From assembly GCA_964016885.1 (NCBI GenBank), contig CAXHJY010001034.1, forward strand, positions 1 through 64,000: DNA of 64,000 bases, written 5' to 3'. Source of the DNA: Eledone cirrhosa. Taxonomy: Eukaryota. The notes beneath the pieces are model-generated. The model did not search any database, was not told the DNA's origin, and was given only the letters and a program-made list of their open reading frames with translations. The translations under genes and the position numbers were made by a program. The stretch's first letter is position 1, and every line of letters starts with the position of its first letter. Shown here in pieces: positions 38,936 to 56,937 of this stretch.

Positions 38936-40007
38936 ATTATGAAGTATAAAATAATTTCGTCTCACTTTGGTGTCCTGGTCACTGACACAACTACATCTGT
39001 AGAAAATCAACCTGTCTCTCAGTCAATGTCTATTTTTCTTTCTCCTCCCCCCTCTCTCTCTCTCTCCAAATCTCCCCTTCCTCCTGCACTCTACTTAGCT
39101 CTTTCTCTCATTACCCCTCTCTCTCTCTCGCTACCCCCCTCTCTCTCTCGCTATCTCTCTTTTTCTCGCTACCACTTTCTCTCTCGTCAACGCTCATCTT
39201 GAAAGAATTTAGTCTATTAAATCGAACCAGGATTTTTTTGTTCAAGTCTAGTACTTATTTTATCGATCTCCTTTTGTCGAACCAATAAGTTAGAAGACAA
39301 AAATGTTTTTAATTTTATTTTTACTTTAGTTCGATTTATATTTTTGGCAACTATGCCTTTGTTCTTTACTTTATTAGCCTATTTGAGATTTTTAGCTTGT
39401 ATTAAACTTTTGAATTTCCCGCCACCGTGTCCCCGCCCCTGACGGCCAGTTTTTCACCGCCATACCAGGATTTTACCAGGATTTTACACCACGGATCCAT
39501 CGCTCCAGTTATCCAACCTGCAACACTCAGAATCTCCAACAACTGGTCTCACAGTCCGTGGAAAAACCCCAGGAACACACAAACACTTAAACTGTTTTCG
39601 CACCATGCCTCCATACATCCACACCACATATAAACACACACACACACGTGCGTATCCTCACATACACACACTCAGCCTCCGGACTCCACACGCCCCCTCT
39701 CCCCCACCCCCTCTGACCCCTCTCCATCCACACGCACACACACACACTCAGACTTACACCACACCCCATGTACACACCGGTTTCCCTATTACCCGAACAT
39801 GGAACCTCGTTCTTCCCCCAACTCTCACATTCACACACACCTTCAGCACCTCACGCCCAGACACCCCGTCTCCCTCTCCCCTCTCTACCACCTCCACCCA
39901 CCACCACCCCTACACGCCTCCCACCCTTTCACCACTTGTTTCTTTTTAATTTTAATTTTTTTTACTCTCTAATAAAATGTTTTTCCTCCCTTTTCTCTCC
40001 GCCCACT

Positions 40008-40042
40008 TTTCTCCTGATGAAGGGCTTATGCCCGAAACGCCC
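40008..40042 (+). ncRNA. Hammerhead core motif (Penelope terminal-repeat-like remnant)
   Basis: CTGATGA-A-GGGC-TTAT-GCCC-GAAAC; stems I and III not convincingly closed. Confidence 0.5.
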
Positions 40043-40138
40043 CCCAACCCCCACTCTCAAGCGTGAAACTAATACTAACATTTGTACTGCCTCTTCGCTT
40101 CCTCGTTTTTTTTTGTTTTCTGTTTACTGTCTCAACTT

Positions 40139-40216
<78 letters not shown>

Positions 40217-40239
40217 CTATACACACACACACACACACG

Positions 40240-42545
40240 ATAACAACTAACATTGCTGCAATCAAATGTGGCTTTTTAGCCCAGCCAATTATCTAAAATG
40301 TCTTGCACAGAGTTGGCAACCAAAACATTCGCTGGGAATAGTCGGCTGTGGTTGGAGTTCATGTACTTTTGCATGTCGCTTGAGCCCTCCTGCTGATTTA
40401 CATTCTCTACCACATGTTTGGCAAGCATGATGAGTAGCATCTCCAACAGCAGCCTGGTAGTCAACCACTGGTAGTCAACCACTGGTCTTACTTTATGACT
40501 GCGAAGATGACTTTTGAGTCCAGCTTTGCTTAGGCAGAGTCTCGCACAGACGCTGCATGTCAGCACCATAGGAGGACCCTCTCCGTCTGGAAGTGCAACA
40601 GCAATGCCCTTCCTCACACCCCGCTTTACTTTCTCGTATGCGATTCGAGATGCCTCAAAGGCAACTTTCCCCTCATATACAACCTTTCTCCATTTATTAC
40701 GATCAGCAGCAACATTTTCCCATGTCAGCAGAGATGTTAGCGTTTTTCAAAGTGGCTTTCAAGGAATCCTTATACCTCTTTTTTGGTTTATGTGGATGTC
40801 GTTTTCCTTTAACCAACTCTCCATAAAAGAGTTGTTTTTGGTATTCTAGAATCCTTCATCCTGGCAAGGTGACCACTCCAACGGCGTCTTTGCTTAAGCA
40901 CAAGAGCTTCTATACTGTCACACTTTCCAAAATCTTGACTACACTGATGTTGTCCCTCCAGTGAACGCCATGGATCCATCTGAAACACATCTGATGGAAA
41001 CGCGCCAATTGTTTAAGGTGGTGTCGATATGTGACCCAGGTCTCGCAGGAATAAAGAAGAGAGCACACATACCTTGTACACCTTTACCTTTGTCTTCTTG
41101 CATATGTCGCGCTGACCCCAGAGTCGCCTTTCTAACTTTCCGAAAGCATCACTTGCTTTCCTAATCCTGAATGGAATTTCATTATCAAGATTGCTGCATC
41201 GATTGACAGTGATTACCATGTAGACAAACTGATCAACCACTCCAAGTCGTTTACCATACACATAGATATTTGGCTCACTGTACTGCTTACCAGGGGAAGG
41301 TTAGTACATGACGACGGTTTTCTTGAGACTGACAGTCAATCCTAGGGCAGTACAAGCATCAGAAAATGCATTCAAAATGTGCTGCATATCACTCTCTGTG
41401 TGCGCTACAAGATCGTAATCATCTGCATACAAGAGGTCTCTTATGATTGATGTAAATACTTTTGTTTTGCAGCAAAGCGCCTGATGTTAAATATGCTGCC
41501 TGAGGTTCGATATTGGATGTAAACACCATGCTAGCAATTCCTGAATGCAATATAGAAAACCATTGCAAAGTATATGGCAAACAGAGTCGGTGCTGGAATA
41601 TGCCCCTGTTCCACTCCATTTTTTACTGAGATAGGCTCCGACATGTTATCTCTGACATTAACCCAAGCCTTCATGTCGTAATGGAAAGACCTAACCAAAG
41701 CAAGGAACTTATCAGGGCAACCAAGTTTCTGCAGAACCTTCCACAATGCATTTCTGTTAACAGCATCGAAAGCTTTTGTCAGATCGACAAAAACCTGATG
41801 CAGATCCGAACCTTGTTCCATGCACTTCTCCTGGAGCTGTCTAGCTGAGAAGATCAGATCAGTAGTGCCGTGTCTAACACGAAAACCAGATTGACTTTCA
41901 GGAAGAACACAATCTGCAATGTGTGTCAGAAGACGGTCCAGAAGTACCCTACATAAATGTTTTTCCTACGACAGAAAGCAATGATATATCTCTATAGTTT
42001 CCACAATCGTTCTTGTTACCCTTTCCCTTGTACAAGACCACCATTACTGCATCTCTCCAGTCCTCAGGTACGGATTCACTAGCCCATATCCTGCCAACCA
42101 AAGCGTGAAGATATTACAGAAGTCTCTCACCACCATATTGCAGGAGATCTGCATGTATGCCATCCATACCTGGAGACCTTCTACTTTCAGCTTCGAGATA
42201 GCTACTGCAACCTCCACAAGCGTCGGTGGTTCTGCGAGAGCTACTTTCACAGGTTTTTCTGGAATGAGATTGAGGAAATCTTCATTGACGACAGACGGCT
42301 GATTCAAAAGTTCATCAAAGTGCTCTCGCCACCTTCGTAGAATTCCCTGTGAGTCACGAAGAAGTTCTTTGCAATCCTTGCTGCGAAGCGGTGTCACCAG
42401 AGAAGAAGACGGTCCAGAAACTTCATGCAAGAGACTGTACAGCAGCTTTGTGTTATTGGAATCGGATTCAGCTTGTATCTCATCAGCCTTTTCACTCCAC
42501 CTCTTATCCTTCATCTGAGAAAGACGCCGCCTAACACGTGATTTC
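40240..42545 (-). mobile_element. Degraded RTE (BovB-like) LINE with C-terminal C2H2 fingers
   Basis: FVDLTKAFDAVNRNALW, YADD region, [30 protein letters not shown]; many frameshifts; ends next to (TG)n. Confidence 0.9.
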
Positions 42546-42559
42546 ACATCCTTGAAAAG

Positions 42560-45500
42560 CAAAAACAGAGGATGTAACAAAAAAAGAAACAATGAAAAAT
42601 TCCCCAATAGAGGGAAACTTCCGAGGGCCATTCGTGGAGAAAGCCCATTAAAAAAGCCCCGGTGACCCTGACCACCAGGTCAAGTGCCCTCTCCCAGTTT
42701 TCCACCTTCAATTTACAGGCGCATACTCAGAGTAGGCCCATTTTCTGGGGCCATGCTTGCCTCTCTCACCCATCTTTCAACAAAATGCTGGGAAGTGAGT
42801 AGTTCCCTTTCTACCCTGATTTTCCTTTTCAAATGAAATTTGAAAAAGTTAATCGGGCCATCACCGAAGAGGTAAGTACTCGTCTTCAGCCCTTTCAAAC
42901 GCGTCCACCATACTATCTCTTTCGCCATGGCTACCAAACAGATAAAAACTGCCTGCCCTTCCCGGCTAAAGGAAGAGGGCGGGTCACTCCTTACGATGGA
43001 CTCAGCTGATAGCTGGATGCGTCCTACACGCGACAGCAGGTGTTCGACATAAACCCACAAGTCAGCAATGCTCGGACACTGGACGAGTGCGCGCAGGACG
43101 GTTTCGTCGCCCTGCGCGCATCTCGGTCATGTCCGGCTGACGGCACCTCCATGCCTGGCAAAACTCCTTGGTAGCACTGCCAGGCCAGGGATTTCTGGAA
43201 GTTGTCCATAGGCCCCGGCCCGAAAGTTCTCCTGAACAGATTGGCTAGTTGATTTTCGTCGACGCCTAGAGTCTCCCCAAGTATGTCGTCGCTCTTTCCC
43301 TCCACTAATCCTCTTTAGAATGCCGAGGTGGAGTTTCCACCGATCGCATTGCCCGACTGGTCGAGGGCTGTGAGGGCCTGAAGACATTCCAGTCTCCAAG
43401 CGCTCCCTCTCGGTCTTCGCTTGACCCAGGACTGCAGCTCTGTTAAGGAGACGAGCTGGGGAAACACGCGTCTAGCAAACGGCGACCACGACTGATCACC
43501 GTCGAGGAAGAGGTGGAGATGTTGTAGCCTGAGCGCGTGTGTGCGCATCATCAGCCACGGCATGGCCAGCCATCCACGTAGCGGGTGTTGACAGCAGATG
43601 GACTGCCTGACCATCAGAGCGCGCCCCTTCCACAAAAAGTGAAAGAGCAAACGCTCCAGCGCAGTCAGGCGGGGCTTAGTACAAGGCACGACGGTCAGGC
43701 GGTAGTAGATGACAGACGCGATGTACGCATTCGCCACCTCCACTCGACCTTTCAGGGATAGCTTCCTCTCTGCCCATTTCTGGGTGAGAGAAGCCATCCT
43801 GCTCGTCAACTCGTCCCAGTTTTTGTCCGTCTGGAGGTCTAGACCGAAACAGACCCCTAGGAATTTAATCAGTCCGTCCGTCCAGCGCCCGACGACGCTG
43901 TTGGACGGCATGGACCTGCCTCTCCAGGTGCCGAGCTGCAGGCCCACCGACTTTTACTGGTTGATCATTGCTCCTGTCACCGCCTCGTATTCTCTTAGTG
44001 TAGTGCCGATTGCCTCGATGTGTTTGGCGTTCGACACCACTACGATGACATCGTCTGCATATGCTGACACGGTTATTCTGCATCCCAGTTCGCGCGGGAC
44101 CCCCCTCAACGGCTCCAGTTTGTGCAGTAGTGGGTCGAGAGTCAATACGTACAACAGGGACGAGAGGGGACATCCTTGGCGGAACGAGCGCATGATGTTG
44201 AACAGTTCCGAAAGGTGACCGTTCACTCTCACCACAGAGCAGATGTTGTGCATGGCAACGATCCAGCCTCTGAAGACGGGCTAAAGCCAGCCGCCCTCAG
44301 GACTGTCGCCAGATAACGATGGTCGACCCTATCGAAAGCTTTCGACTGATCTAAATTGATCAAAGACCCACCCATGGATCTGTCTGGGATGGCGTATGCC
44401 TGCGCCTCTCCCACCAGACAATCAACGACAAGCGCCAACCTCTTTGCTTGTACCTTGGCCAAAATCTTGAACTCTGTGTTTAGCAGAGTTATGGGCCTGA
44501 AATTATCTATGTTATCCCCCTTGTTCGGATGCTTTCTCAGCAGTGCCATTGCTCCTCGGCTCACAGAGCTAGGAATTCTCCCGTTCTGTCGCCAGTTGCA
44601 GTAGACGTCCGCCAAGAGGTCTCCGAACAAGTCTGGCATGTGTACGTAAAGTTCGAAGGACAGACCATCCAAACAAGGCGATTTACCCCTTTTGCAGCCA
44701 GTCATTGCCTCCCGTCATTCAGCGCTGTTATCGGCTTTTCGCAACACTCCACCTCAGTGGCCGAGAGCCGCGGCAGTCCGTCGAGGTAGGTGCTAAAGTC
44801 CATCCCGCGATCCGTCCCGCCGCTGCCCCCGAAAGCTGGGCGAAATGTCGCTGAAAAGCTTCACATATTTGCTCGGGATCGAGTAGCATACGCCCGTCGT
44901 GGTCCACCAAAAACCGGATCGTGGCTTTGTTGCCACGACGCGCCTCCGCCACTCGAACGGCTTTCGTGCCCTCGTGTCTGACAGCACGCAGCCTACTCTG
45001 ACAACGCAGAGAAGAATTTTGAATTGTGGACAGCCTATGCTAGACCTATCTATGTCCCTACAACATAGCCTATCTAGATATGATCTGGATGACCTGATGC
45101 GGTTTGTCCATGTTCACATTGACATATTCGGGAAATCCAGACGGTACTTGTCAGACAGTTGAAACCGTCTGAGCAGGTTTGCGGGGCTTTTACACCCTCC
45201 TCCCCTATCCACTAATCCCACACAGCCCCAGCGTGCATCTAAGATCCCGTTCCAGTCGTCCACTAACACTGAAGAGCGGGACGTTCCAAGAAAGGTCTCC
45301 AGACGCCAGAAGAAATCAGGCCGCCCTGCTCCTGGCGGGGCATAGACGGCCACTAGCCTGAAATCTTAACCGTCTCCGCTGGTCGCGTTCAGCACCACCA
45401 ACTTACCTTCTAGGTCCAGGAAGATGGCCCGTATGACGAGATCCAAGCCTCTCCGAAAAAGCACAGCAACTTCTCCCCCCGATTCTGGACGGCTGGGAGA

Positions 45501-47530
45501 TCCGTATACATCGTAGCCGCCGAAGGTCGGTGCGAAGGCTCGTGCTTGGGAGATTCTGGTCTCGCTGATGGCCATCACATCTATGTTTAGTGATCTGAGG
45601 TCGTTGAGCAGCCCTGCTTCCATGACGACCCCAGGCCACGCGCATTTATGCTGCCTATTCTGAGTAATGTCATGTTGAAAAGGAGTGGAAAAAGATGGGA
45701 AAGACCACTTACCTCTTCTTGTGGAGAAAGGATGGTTTTTCCGTCCTTCTCACTGCTTGTGGCCCCCTTCGGAAGGATGTCTTTATAAATCCTCCTGGAG
45801 AGTGTTTGTCGGAAGTCTCCGATGTCCTTGGGGAATTTTAATTTTAGTGTCGTGTACGTTTTCTGTGTGATGCGAGTGATTTGTATGTGTGGAGGTGGTG
45901 TGAATTTTTTGGGTGTTGTATAGTCTTTTTCTGTGATGCTGGTGTTGTGTTAGATGTAGTGTAATAATTGGTTGTTCAAATTTAATGCTGTGTAGTGTGT
46001 ATCGTTTTGATTGCTTTGTTTTGTTTGCGTTTGTTGTCAGTTTGTTTGTTTCGCATGGTGGTGATGGGGCTGGTGATGCTGGTGTGGGTGGTGACATAGC
46101 TGTCTTAACTTTTTTGTTAGCTTGTTTGTTTGTTTCGCCCTGCATTTTGTTTTCGGGGGGCTAAGGAAGAGGATTTTTTCTTTTGTGGTTTCTTTTTTTT
46201 TTCTTTTTTCCAAATACAGTTTCCCACTCCTCTTCGTCGTCACAATCTGTCTCCAGTTGCGATAGGTCGGGGAGTGGAAAATCCTCCACAAGCGTTGGTT
46301 TGGGTTGTGGCGTGGTGGAGGCGCTGGTGCTAATTCTGGCACGGTGGGTGGTGGTGGTGTTGGTTTTGCTACTGTTGCTGCTACAGTTGCTGGGGTTGTT
46401 GCTGCTACAGTTGCTTCTGTTGTTGCTGCTACAGTTGTTGCTGCCATTTCTGCTGCTGGTTTTGATGGTTGAGTCACTGGGGTGGGTAGGAGAGGGGGCC
46501 TCAACTTTTTAGCCTGAGAGCAGAAAGCCTTTAGGAGGGTTCCTTCGCCACAAACGACACACCTAGGCCTTCTTCCCTCAACGATTACGGTGAGGTGGCT
46601 GCCGTCATTGAGGTCTATCACCTCTGGAATTTCCTGTATGTTTCTTTGGTCCGCTTGGATCAGGAGCTCCATCCCAGATTCGGACCAGTTCTCCTGCTTT
46701 ACTTTTATCACCTCAATTACTTTAGTGTCGGCCTCGATGTCGGCGAGGACGGCAGCCATTAGCCAGGGAATTTCAATGGCCGGCGGAACCTGGGTCACCC
46801 TGATCCTTACCAGCCTCTGACCACAATAGCTTGGGACGAGTGTGAACTCGTCACTTTTTAATGAGGCCATGGAGTGCTCTCTGGCTTCCTGTCGGGTTTC
46901 AAAGAACACGTCCACGGTTCCATATTTTTGCCCATTTCTGATGTGAGTTTTTTGAGCCCACACATGTCAAAGCTTTTTGTATCTGGGAGTCGGATGCCCG
47001 TTCCACTCGGATGCCCGTTCTACTCAGATGCCCGCGTTTTAATGTTTATCGTGCGATATGACACAGTGCATAGGCGCCGATGCTCCATGGTATTAGATGG
47101 GAGTGTGAGGCTGGCCCTGTAACCATATGTTTTTAACATTCGCCTGGCTTCATTCAATTCTTCCTGGCTAACCTCAACCGTTTCATTTTTTGCCGCTTTA
47201 GCAAACGACACATTTGGTTTTGCGCTGGTGTTGATGTTGTTGTTGTTATTCTTATTGTTGCTGTTGTTGTTATTCTTATTTTTGTTATTATTATTTTTAG
47301 TTTCAGTTGTGGTGGTGGTGGTGGTGTCAGTGGCGTAAGGCGTGGAAGAGTCGATTTTAGGAGAATCCATTTCGATATCATGAGATAGTAATTTATTTCT
47401 TGTTTTAGTTGTTGCTGTGGTGGTATCAGTGGTGTTGGTTGTTCTTTTTGACATTGTGGTGGGGATGGCGGCTTTAACACCCGTGGGCATTGGTAATGGC
47501 GGGAAATCTATGTCTGTATGCGGCAAATCT
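42560..47530 (-). mobile_element. Near full-length degraded Tx1/L1-clade LINE (ORF1 + APE/RT/zinc-knuckle ORF2)
   Basis: ORF1 remnants 46037-47526; APE DVMAISETR and AVYAPP; RT KSPCLDGL, NFRPITLLN, DQSKAFDRVDH, RQGCPLS, AYADD. Confidence 0.9.
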
Positions 47531-47559
47531 AAATAATTGAGACTGCTATTAATTATATT

Positions 47560-48130
47560 TTCAGTGTTGGCAACCGTGGCAAGGTTTACACTCTATCTGA
47601 GCAATAAAGGAGCTAGTATCCTGTGGGCACTTACTACTTATTGCACCTGAGCATCGGCCACATATAAAATCTACGTTCTTAGATAGCTTACCTGTAATTC
47701 CACTACATCTTTTATGTACCCATAGTTTGCATTTGGGACATGAAATGGAATTTCTGCCTACTCCTTTCCTACACACAGAGCATGGCTATTTCCAAAAGGG
47801 TACCTTTCTACATACTAGAACTTTGGTCTTAGACAAATTAACTTTAAAGCCTTTTGATTCTAGGCTATGCTTCCATGTTTGGAATTTCTTCTCTAGTTCA
47901 GCCATAGTTTCAGCTATGAGCGTTAGATCATCTGCATATAGAAGTTCCCATGGGCAGCCGGTCTTAAACACCTCTGTTATAACCTGAAGGCAATAATAAA
48001 TATGAGGGGGCTAAGGACAGAGCCTTGATGAACACCAACTTTTACGCTAAGTTCTTCACTATATTCATTGTTAATTCTAACCTTACTGACTGTATCTTTA
48101 TACACAAACCCAAACTGCATTTCATCTAGA
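47560..48130 (-). mobile_element. Internal fragment of the PHD-containing RTE-like LINE
   Basis: DEMQFGF, VGVHQGSVLSP, WELLYADDL, CPKCKLWVHKRCSG. Confidence 0.85.
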
Positions 48131-48715
48131 TCAATTCGAGTCCGTGTAGTTTGTGACATATCATTCCGTGGTCGACCTTGTCAAAGGCCTTCGCAAAGTC
48201 AAGATATATCACGTCCACATGTGAGCTGTCGAGCAGTTGTTTCAGTACCCAGTCGTAATGATGTAGCAGCTGTGTAAGGCAGCTTCTTTCTGGGCGGAAG
48301 CTATGCTGCGTGTTAGTCAGGCGGTCATTTTCCTCGAGGAAAGTGATCAGTTTCTTTCTGACGATTCGCTCCATGACCTTACTGATATGCGACGTCAGGG
48401 AGACTGGCCTATAGTTTTTGGCCTCCGCTCTGCTACCTCCTTTATGGATAGGGCATATTGTGCCTTCTTTCAGCTCTCTGGGTAGTACACCGCTAGCCAA
48501 GGAGCTTCTGAAGAGCGTCTTCAGTGGAGTTGCTAAGACCCGCTTACATGTTTTTAAGAGGACTGCTGGGAATGAATCAGGTCCAGCAGCCGAGTCTGTT
48601 CTAATTTCATCAATGGCGTACACCACATTCTCCTCCGGTATGTCTATGTGGTTGATGGTTGCCATTTCTTCATGTAGTGTTGTGGCATCAACGAACTCCT
48701 CTGGCTTTGTTATTT
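48130..48715 (-). mobile_element. CR1/L2-group LINE RT fragment
   Basis: [53 protein letters not shown]. Confidence 0.85.
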
Positions 48716-50147
<1,432 letters not shown>

Positions 50148-50149
50148 CA

Positions 50150-50224
50150 GCTTGTCTGATGATGTCACGACACTCGCACACAGAACAGTGTGGCCAGTGT
50201 CGTCACTGAAATATATATCACAGC
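50150..50224 (+). ncRNA. Hammerhead ribozyme with extended stem II and minimal palindromic stem III
   Basis: GCTTGT-CTGATGA-[ACGACACT..CACAC-loop-GTGTG..AGTGTCGT]-GAAATATATAT-C-ACAGC. Confidence 0.65.
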
Positions 50225-50427
50225 ATTATTATTAAAGAAATTCAACATCTGAAACTACTTCGCTTTTCCTTATTCGATATTTACAACGTCACTCCTATGT
50301 GGAAAAAGTACGTTGAGTGCTTGATTGAATTGTATCAATGTTTACCCTAATATATATATACATATATATATATATATAGATACATACATATATATATATA
50401 GATACATACATATATATATATATATAG

Positions 50428-50465
<38 letters not shown>

Positions 50466-50466
<1 letters not shown>

Positions 50467-50910
50467 TAAAATATTAAACAAATAATGAATAAAACAATGA
50501 AACAGTTCCTTATATTAAACAAAAAAAGTTCATTATTTAACGATCGTTTCTAGGATATATATATTATTTCTGAAGACGGCGTATATGTGTGTTTGGTATG
50601 TATATTTAATCTTGATAGTTTGTATAATTTTGTATAATTTTGTACATAGATCTGTTGAATATGCATGCCAATTCTAACACATATATATCCTAGAAACGAT
50701 CGTTAAATAATGAACTTTTTTTGTTTAATATAAGGAACTGTTTCATTGTTTTATTCATTATTTGTTTAATATTTTATCTTGACTCTGTATACCGTTTATC
50801 TTTCACCGAAAGTGATTTTTCATTACATCTCTTCTTTCCATGATATCCGGAATACATTGAGTTCTTCATACGGATTGGACACTACCGTAAACTCTTGGTA
50901 GATTTATCTA
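50466..50910 (+). mobile_element. Fold-back non-coding element in a (TA)n tract
   Basis: 50466-50562 is inverted at 50681-50777; its 3' part is repeated at 62611-62800. Confidence 0.75.
50563..50711 (+). ncRNA. Hammerhead ribozyme with ~115-nt stem II
   Basis: ATTATTT-CTGAAGA-[long hairpin]-GAAACG-AT-CGT-T-AAATAAT; perfect 7-bp stem I. Confidence 0.7.
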
Positions 50911-53466
<2,556 letters not shown>

Positions 53467-53468
53467 AA

Positions 53469-56400
53469 GTTTCTTTTATTTGCCACTAGGGCATCAAAAG
53501 TGGGACAAGTACAAAGGGGGGAGTTTACACAAAAAGGCGTCCTCAATAAGGAGGAGGCAATAACAAAATATAAAAATAAAATAAGATATAACAAAAAATT
53601 AAATTTTTAACAAAATCCTCAATAGAGAGGAGGCGCCTTGGGGGGTCGCACACACCCCCGAAAAAAGTGTGCAACCCTTTTCCTCAGGAGCACAGAGAGG
53701 GGGTGCTCCCTCGTTCCTTCCTCTTTTCCACCTACAGGCTTATGTAAAGAGAAGGCCCATTCACACGGGCCATTCTCGCCACTTTCACCCACCTTTCATA
53801 AAAACGACTGGGGTGCAGCACCTCTCTCTCCATCCTGATCCTTCTTCCGAAATGATATCGGAAGAAACGGACCAGTTGTTGGCCAGAGAGAAAGGTGCCT
53901 GACCTCAGTCCTTTCAGACGCGTCCACCATACAACCTCTTTCGCCATGGCTATTACGCACAGAAACACCGCCTCTGCTTCATCTTTGAAGGGGGGAGGCG
54001 GCTTGATCATTACAATAGACTCGGTGGTCAACCGGATCGGTCCCACCCTTGACAGCAGTTGTTCGACATAGCCCCACAGATCGGCTACGCCCGAGCAGTG
54101 TACCAATGCGTGTGCAACGGTTTCCTCGTCGCACACGCATCTGGGACAGATCTTTTTGGCGGGGTCCCTACCCGGGCGCCCGTGTCTGTAGAGCCTTTCT
54201 CGAACGGGTAAAGCCCCTCGGTAGCACTGCCAGGCCAGGGACTTCTGGAAGTTGTCCATAGGTCCCGGGCTGAATGTCCTACCGAACAGGCTGGCCAGTT
54301 CGTCCTCCTCCATGTCTAGGGCTTCTCCGAGGGCGTCGTCGCACCTGCTGCGTACCAGCCCTCTATAGAATGTTGCGGTGGAGTCTCCACTGATAACCGG
54401 ATCCGCCTGCCAGAGGGCGGTGAGCACCTGGGCACACTCAGTGTGCCAGGCGCCCAGTTTTCTCGGTCTTTGCTTGACCCAGGATTGCAGCTCGGTGAGT
54501 GAGACGAGTCTGGGAAAGGTTCGTCTCACAAACGAGGCCCACACCGGTTGTCCGGTGAGGAATACGTAGAGGTGCCGTAGCCTTAATGCGTGTTTACGCA
54601 TCATTAGCCACGGCATCCCCAGCCCTCCTTTCGAAGGGTGTTGACAGCAGATGGATCTCCTCACCATAGGAGCCCGCCTCTTCCAAAGGAATTGGAAGAG
54701 CGCGCGCTCCATCTTGGTGAGGGTTTCCCTTGGGCAGGGCACTACGGTCAGGCGGTAGTAGATGACGGACGCTATATAAGTGTTCGCCACCTCCGCCCGA
54801 CCTTTCAGGGATAGTTTGCAACTGGCCCACTTCTGGGTCAGTGCAAACACCCTGTTCGTAACCTCCGCCCAGTTTTTCTCCACCTGGAGGTCCGGTCCGA
54901 ACCAGACCCCGAGCAACTTCACCGGGCCCTCCGTCCAGCGTCCGACGACGCCATCGGAGGGCATCGGTCTGCCCCTCCACGTGCCGAGTTGCAAACCGAT
55001 CGACTTGTCCCGGTTCAGCTTAGCCCCTGTGAACTTTTCGTACTCCTCCAGTAAGGTGCCGACCGCCTCGATTTCGGAGGCCGTCGACACCATTACTGTC
55101 ACATCATCGGCGTAGGCTGACACCGCTTTCCGCAATCCCGGTTCCAAAGGGATGCCCTGCAACAACTCCAACTTCCGCAGTAGTGGCTCGAGAGTCAACA
55201 CATACAGAAGGGAGGAGAGAGGGCACCCTTGTCGGATGGACCGCGCGATTTTGAACGGCTCCGAGAGGTAGCCGTTCACCTTGACCCTAGAGCAGATGCG
55301 GCTGCTGTGCATAGCAGTGATCCAGCCCCTGAAAACGGGTCCGAAGCCTGCCGCCGCTAGCACCGCATCCAGGTAACCATGGTCGACCCTATCGAACGCC
55401 TTTGATTGATCCAAGTTGATCAGAGCCCCACCAAAGCCGGGTTCGTTCCCAACCCTCTCTATGATGTATCGCATGAGGTGGAGGTTGTCATGGATGGTCC
55501 TGGACGGGATAGCGCATGTCTGCGCATCTCCCACCAGGTTGCCCACGACAAGCGCCAACCTCTTTGCTAGCACATTGGCCAAAATCTGTAACTCTGTATT
55601 TAGCAGAGTTATGGGCCTGAAGTTACTTATTTCGTCCCCCTTGTTCTCGTCCTTCCTCACTAGCGTGACTACACCCTTGGTCACAGTACAGGGAATTCTC
55701 CCGTTCTGTTGCCAGTTGCAGTAGACCGCCTCGAGGAGATCGGGGAACAAGTCCGGCATAGCTAGATATAATTCGTAAGGAAGACCATCGAGACCCGGGG
55801 ATTTGCGTTTGCCGCATTGGCTCAGCACGTCCTCTATCTCAGCGGCCGAAATCGGCTCCTCGCAGGACTTCGCCTCCCTGTCCGAGAGGCGCGGCAGGCC
55901 GTCGAGGTATGGACCGAAGTCCACGTTCCCAACCGGCTCCCCGCCCCTCCCGAACAGTCGGGCAAAGTGCCTTTGAAAGGCCTCACACATCTGCTTAGGC
56001 TCAAGAATCGCCCGTCCATCCAGGTCTCGCAAAGACCGGATGGTGGATTTAGTTCCACTGTTGGCCTCTGTCACGCGGGCCCAGCTAACAGCTTTGGCCC
56101 CCTCGTTCCCTAGAGCACGTATTTTACTTCGGACAACGCAGCCTTCGTGCTTCGCGTCGAAAAACTGGCTCAAAGCCGTTCTCGACGCTAGCACTCTGGC
56201 CACGTCGCCGCTTCTAATTGCCTCTTCTACTCTATCTATTAGCTCCCTTTCCTTCCTATTCCTATCCGCAGCTAGAACCTTACTAAATTCAATCGAGACT
56301 ACTCTAATCTCTCTCTTTAGAGATACCCACCACCTGCTGTTGACGATCGCTCCAGTCAACCGTTCCTTAACTAACGTACTAATCCGATTCCTGTAGGCTC

Positions 56401-56937
56401 TACTTGCCGGCAAGGACAAGTTGAGCTTCCAGTAACCGGGGCCCTGTCTATGAGTTCTGTCAAGGTTGACCATGCAGGTCACTAATTTGTGGTCTGAATA
56501 GCCAACCATGCGCATTTTTGGACAACTTAAAAAGTCCTTATCCTTAATTCTAACTAAGAACCTATCTAGGTACGACCTAGATGATCCGCTACGATTTGCC
56601 CAAGTCCAGGTTGGCGCAGTCGGAAAGTGGCGAGAATGGCCCGTGTGAATGGGCCTTCTCTTTACATAAGCCTGTAGGTGGAAAAGAGGAAGGAACAAGG
56701 GAGCACCCCCTCTCTGTGCTCCTGAGGAAAAGGGTTGCACACTTTTTTCGGGGGTGTGTGCGACCCCCCAAGGCGCCTCCTCTCTATTGAGGATTTTGTT
56801 AAAAATTTAATTTTTTGTTATATCTTATTTTATTTTTATATTTTGTTATTGCCTCCTCCTTATTGAGGACGCCTTTTTGTGTAAACTCCCCCCTTTGTAC
56901 TTGTCCCACTTTTGATGCCCTAGTGGCAAATAAAAGA

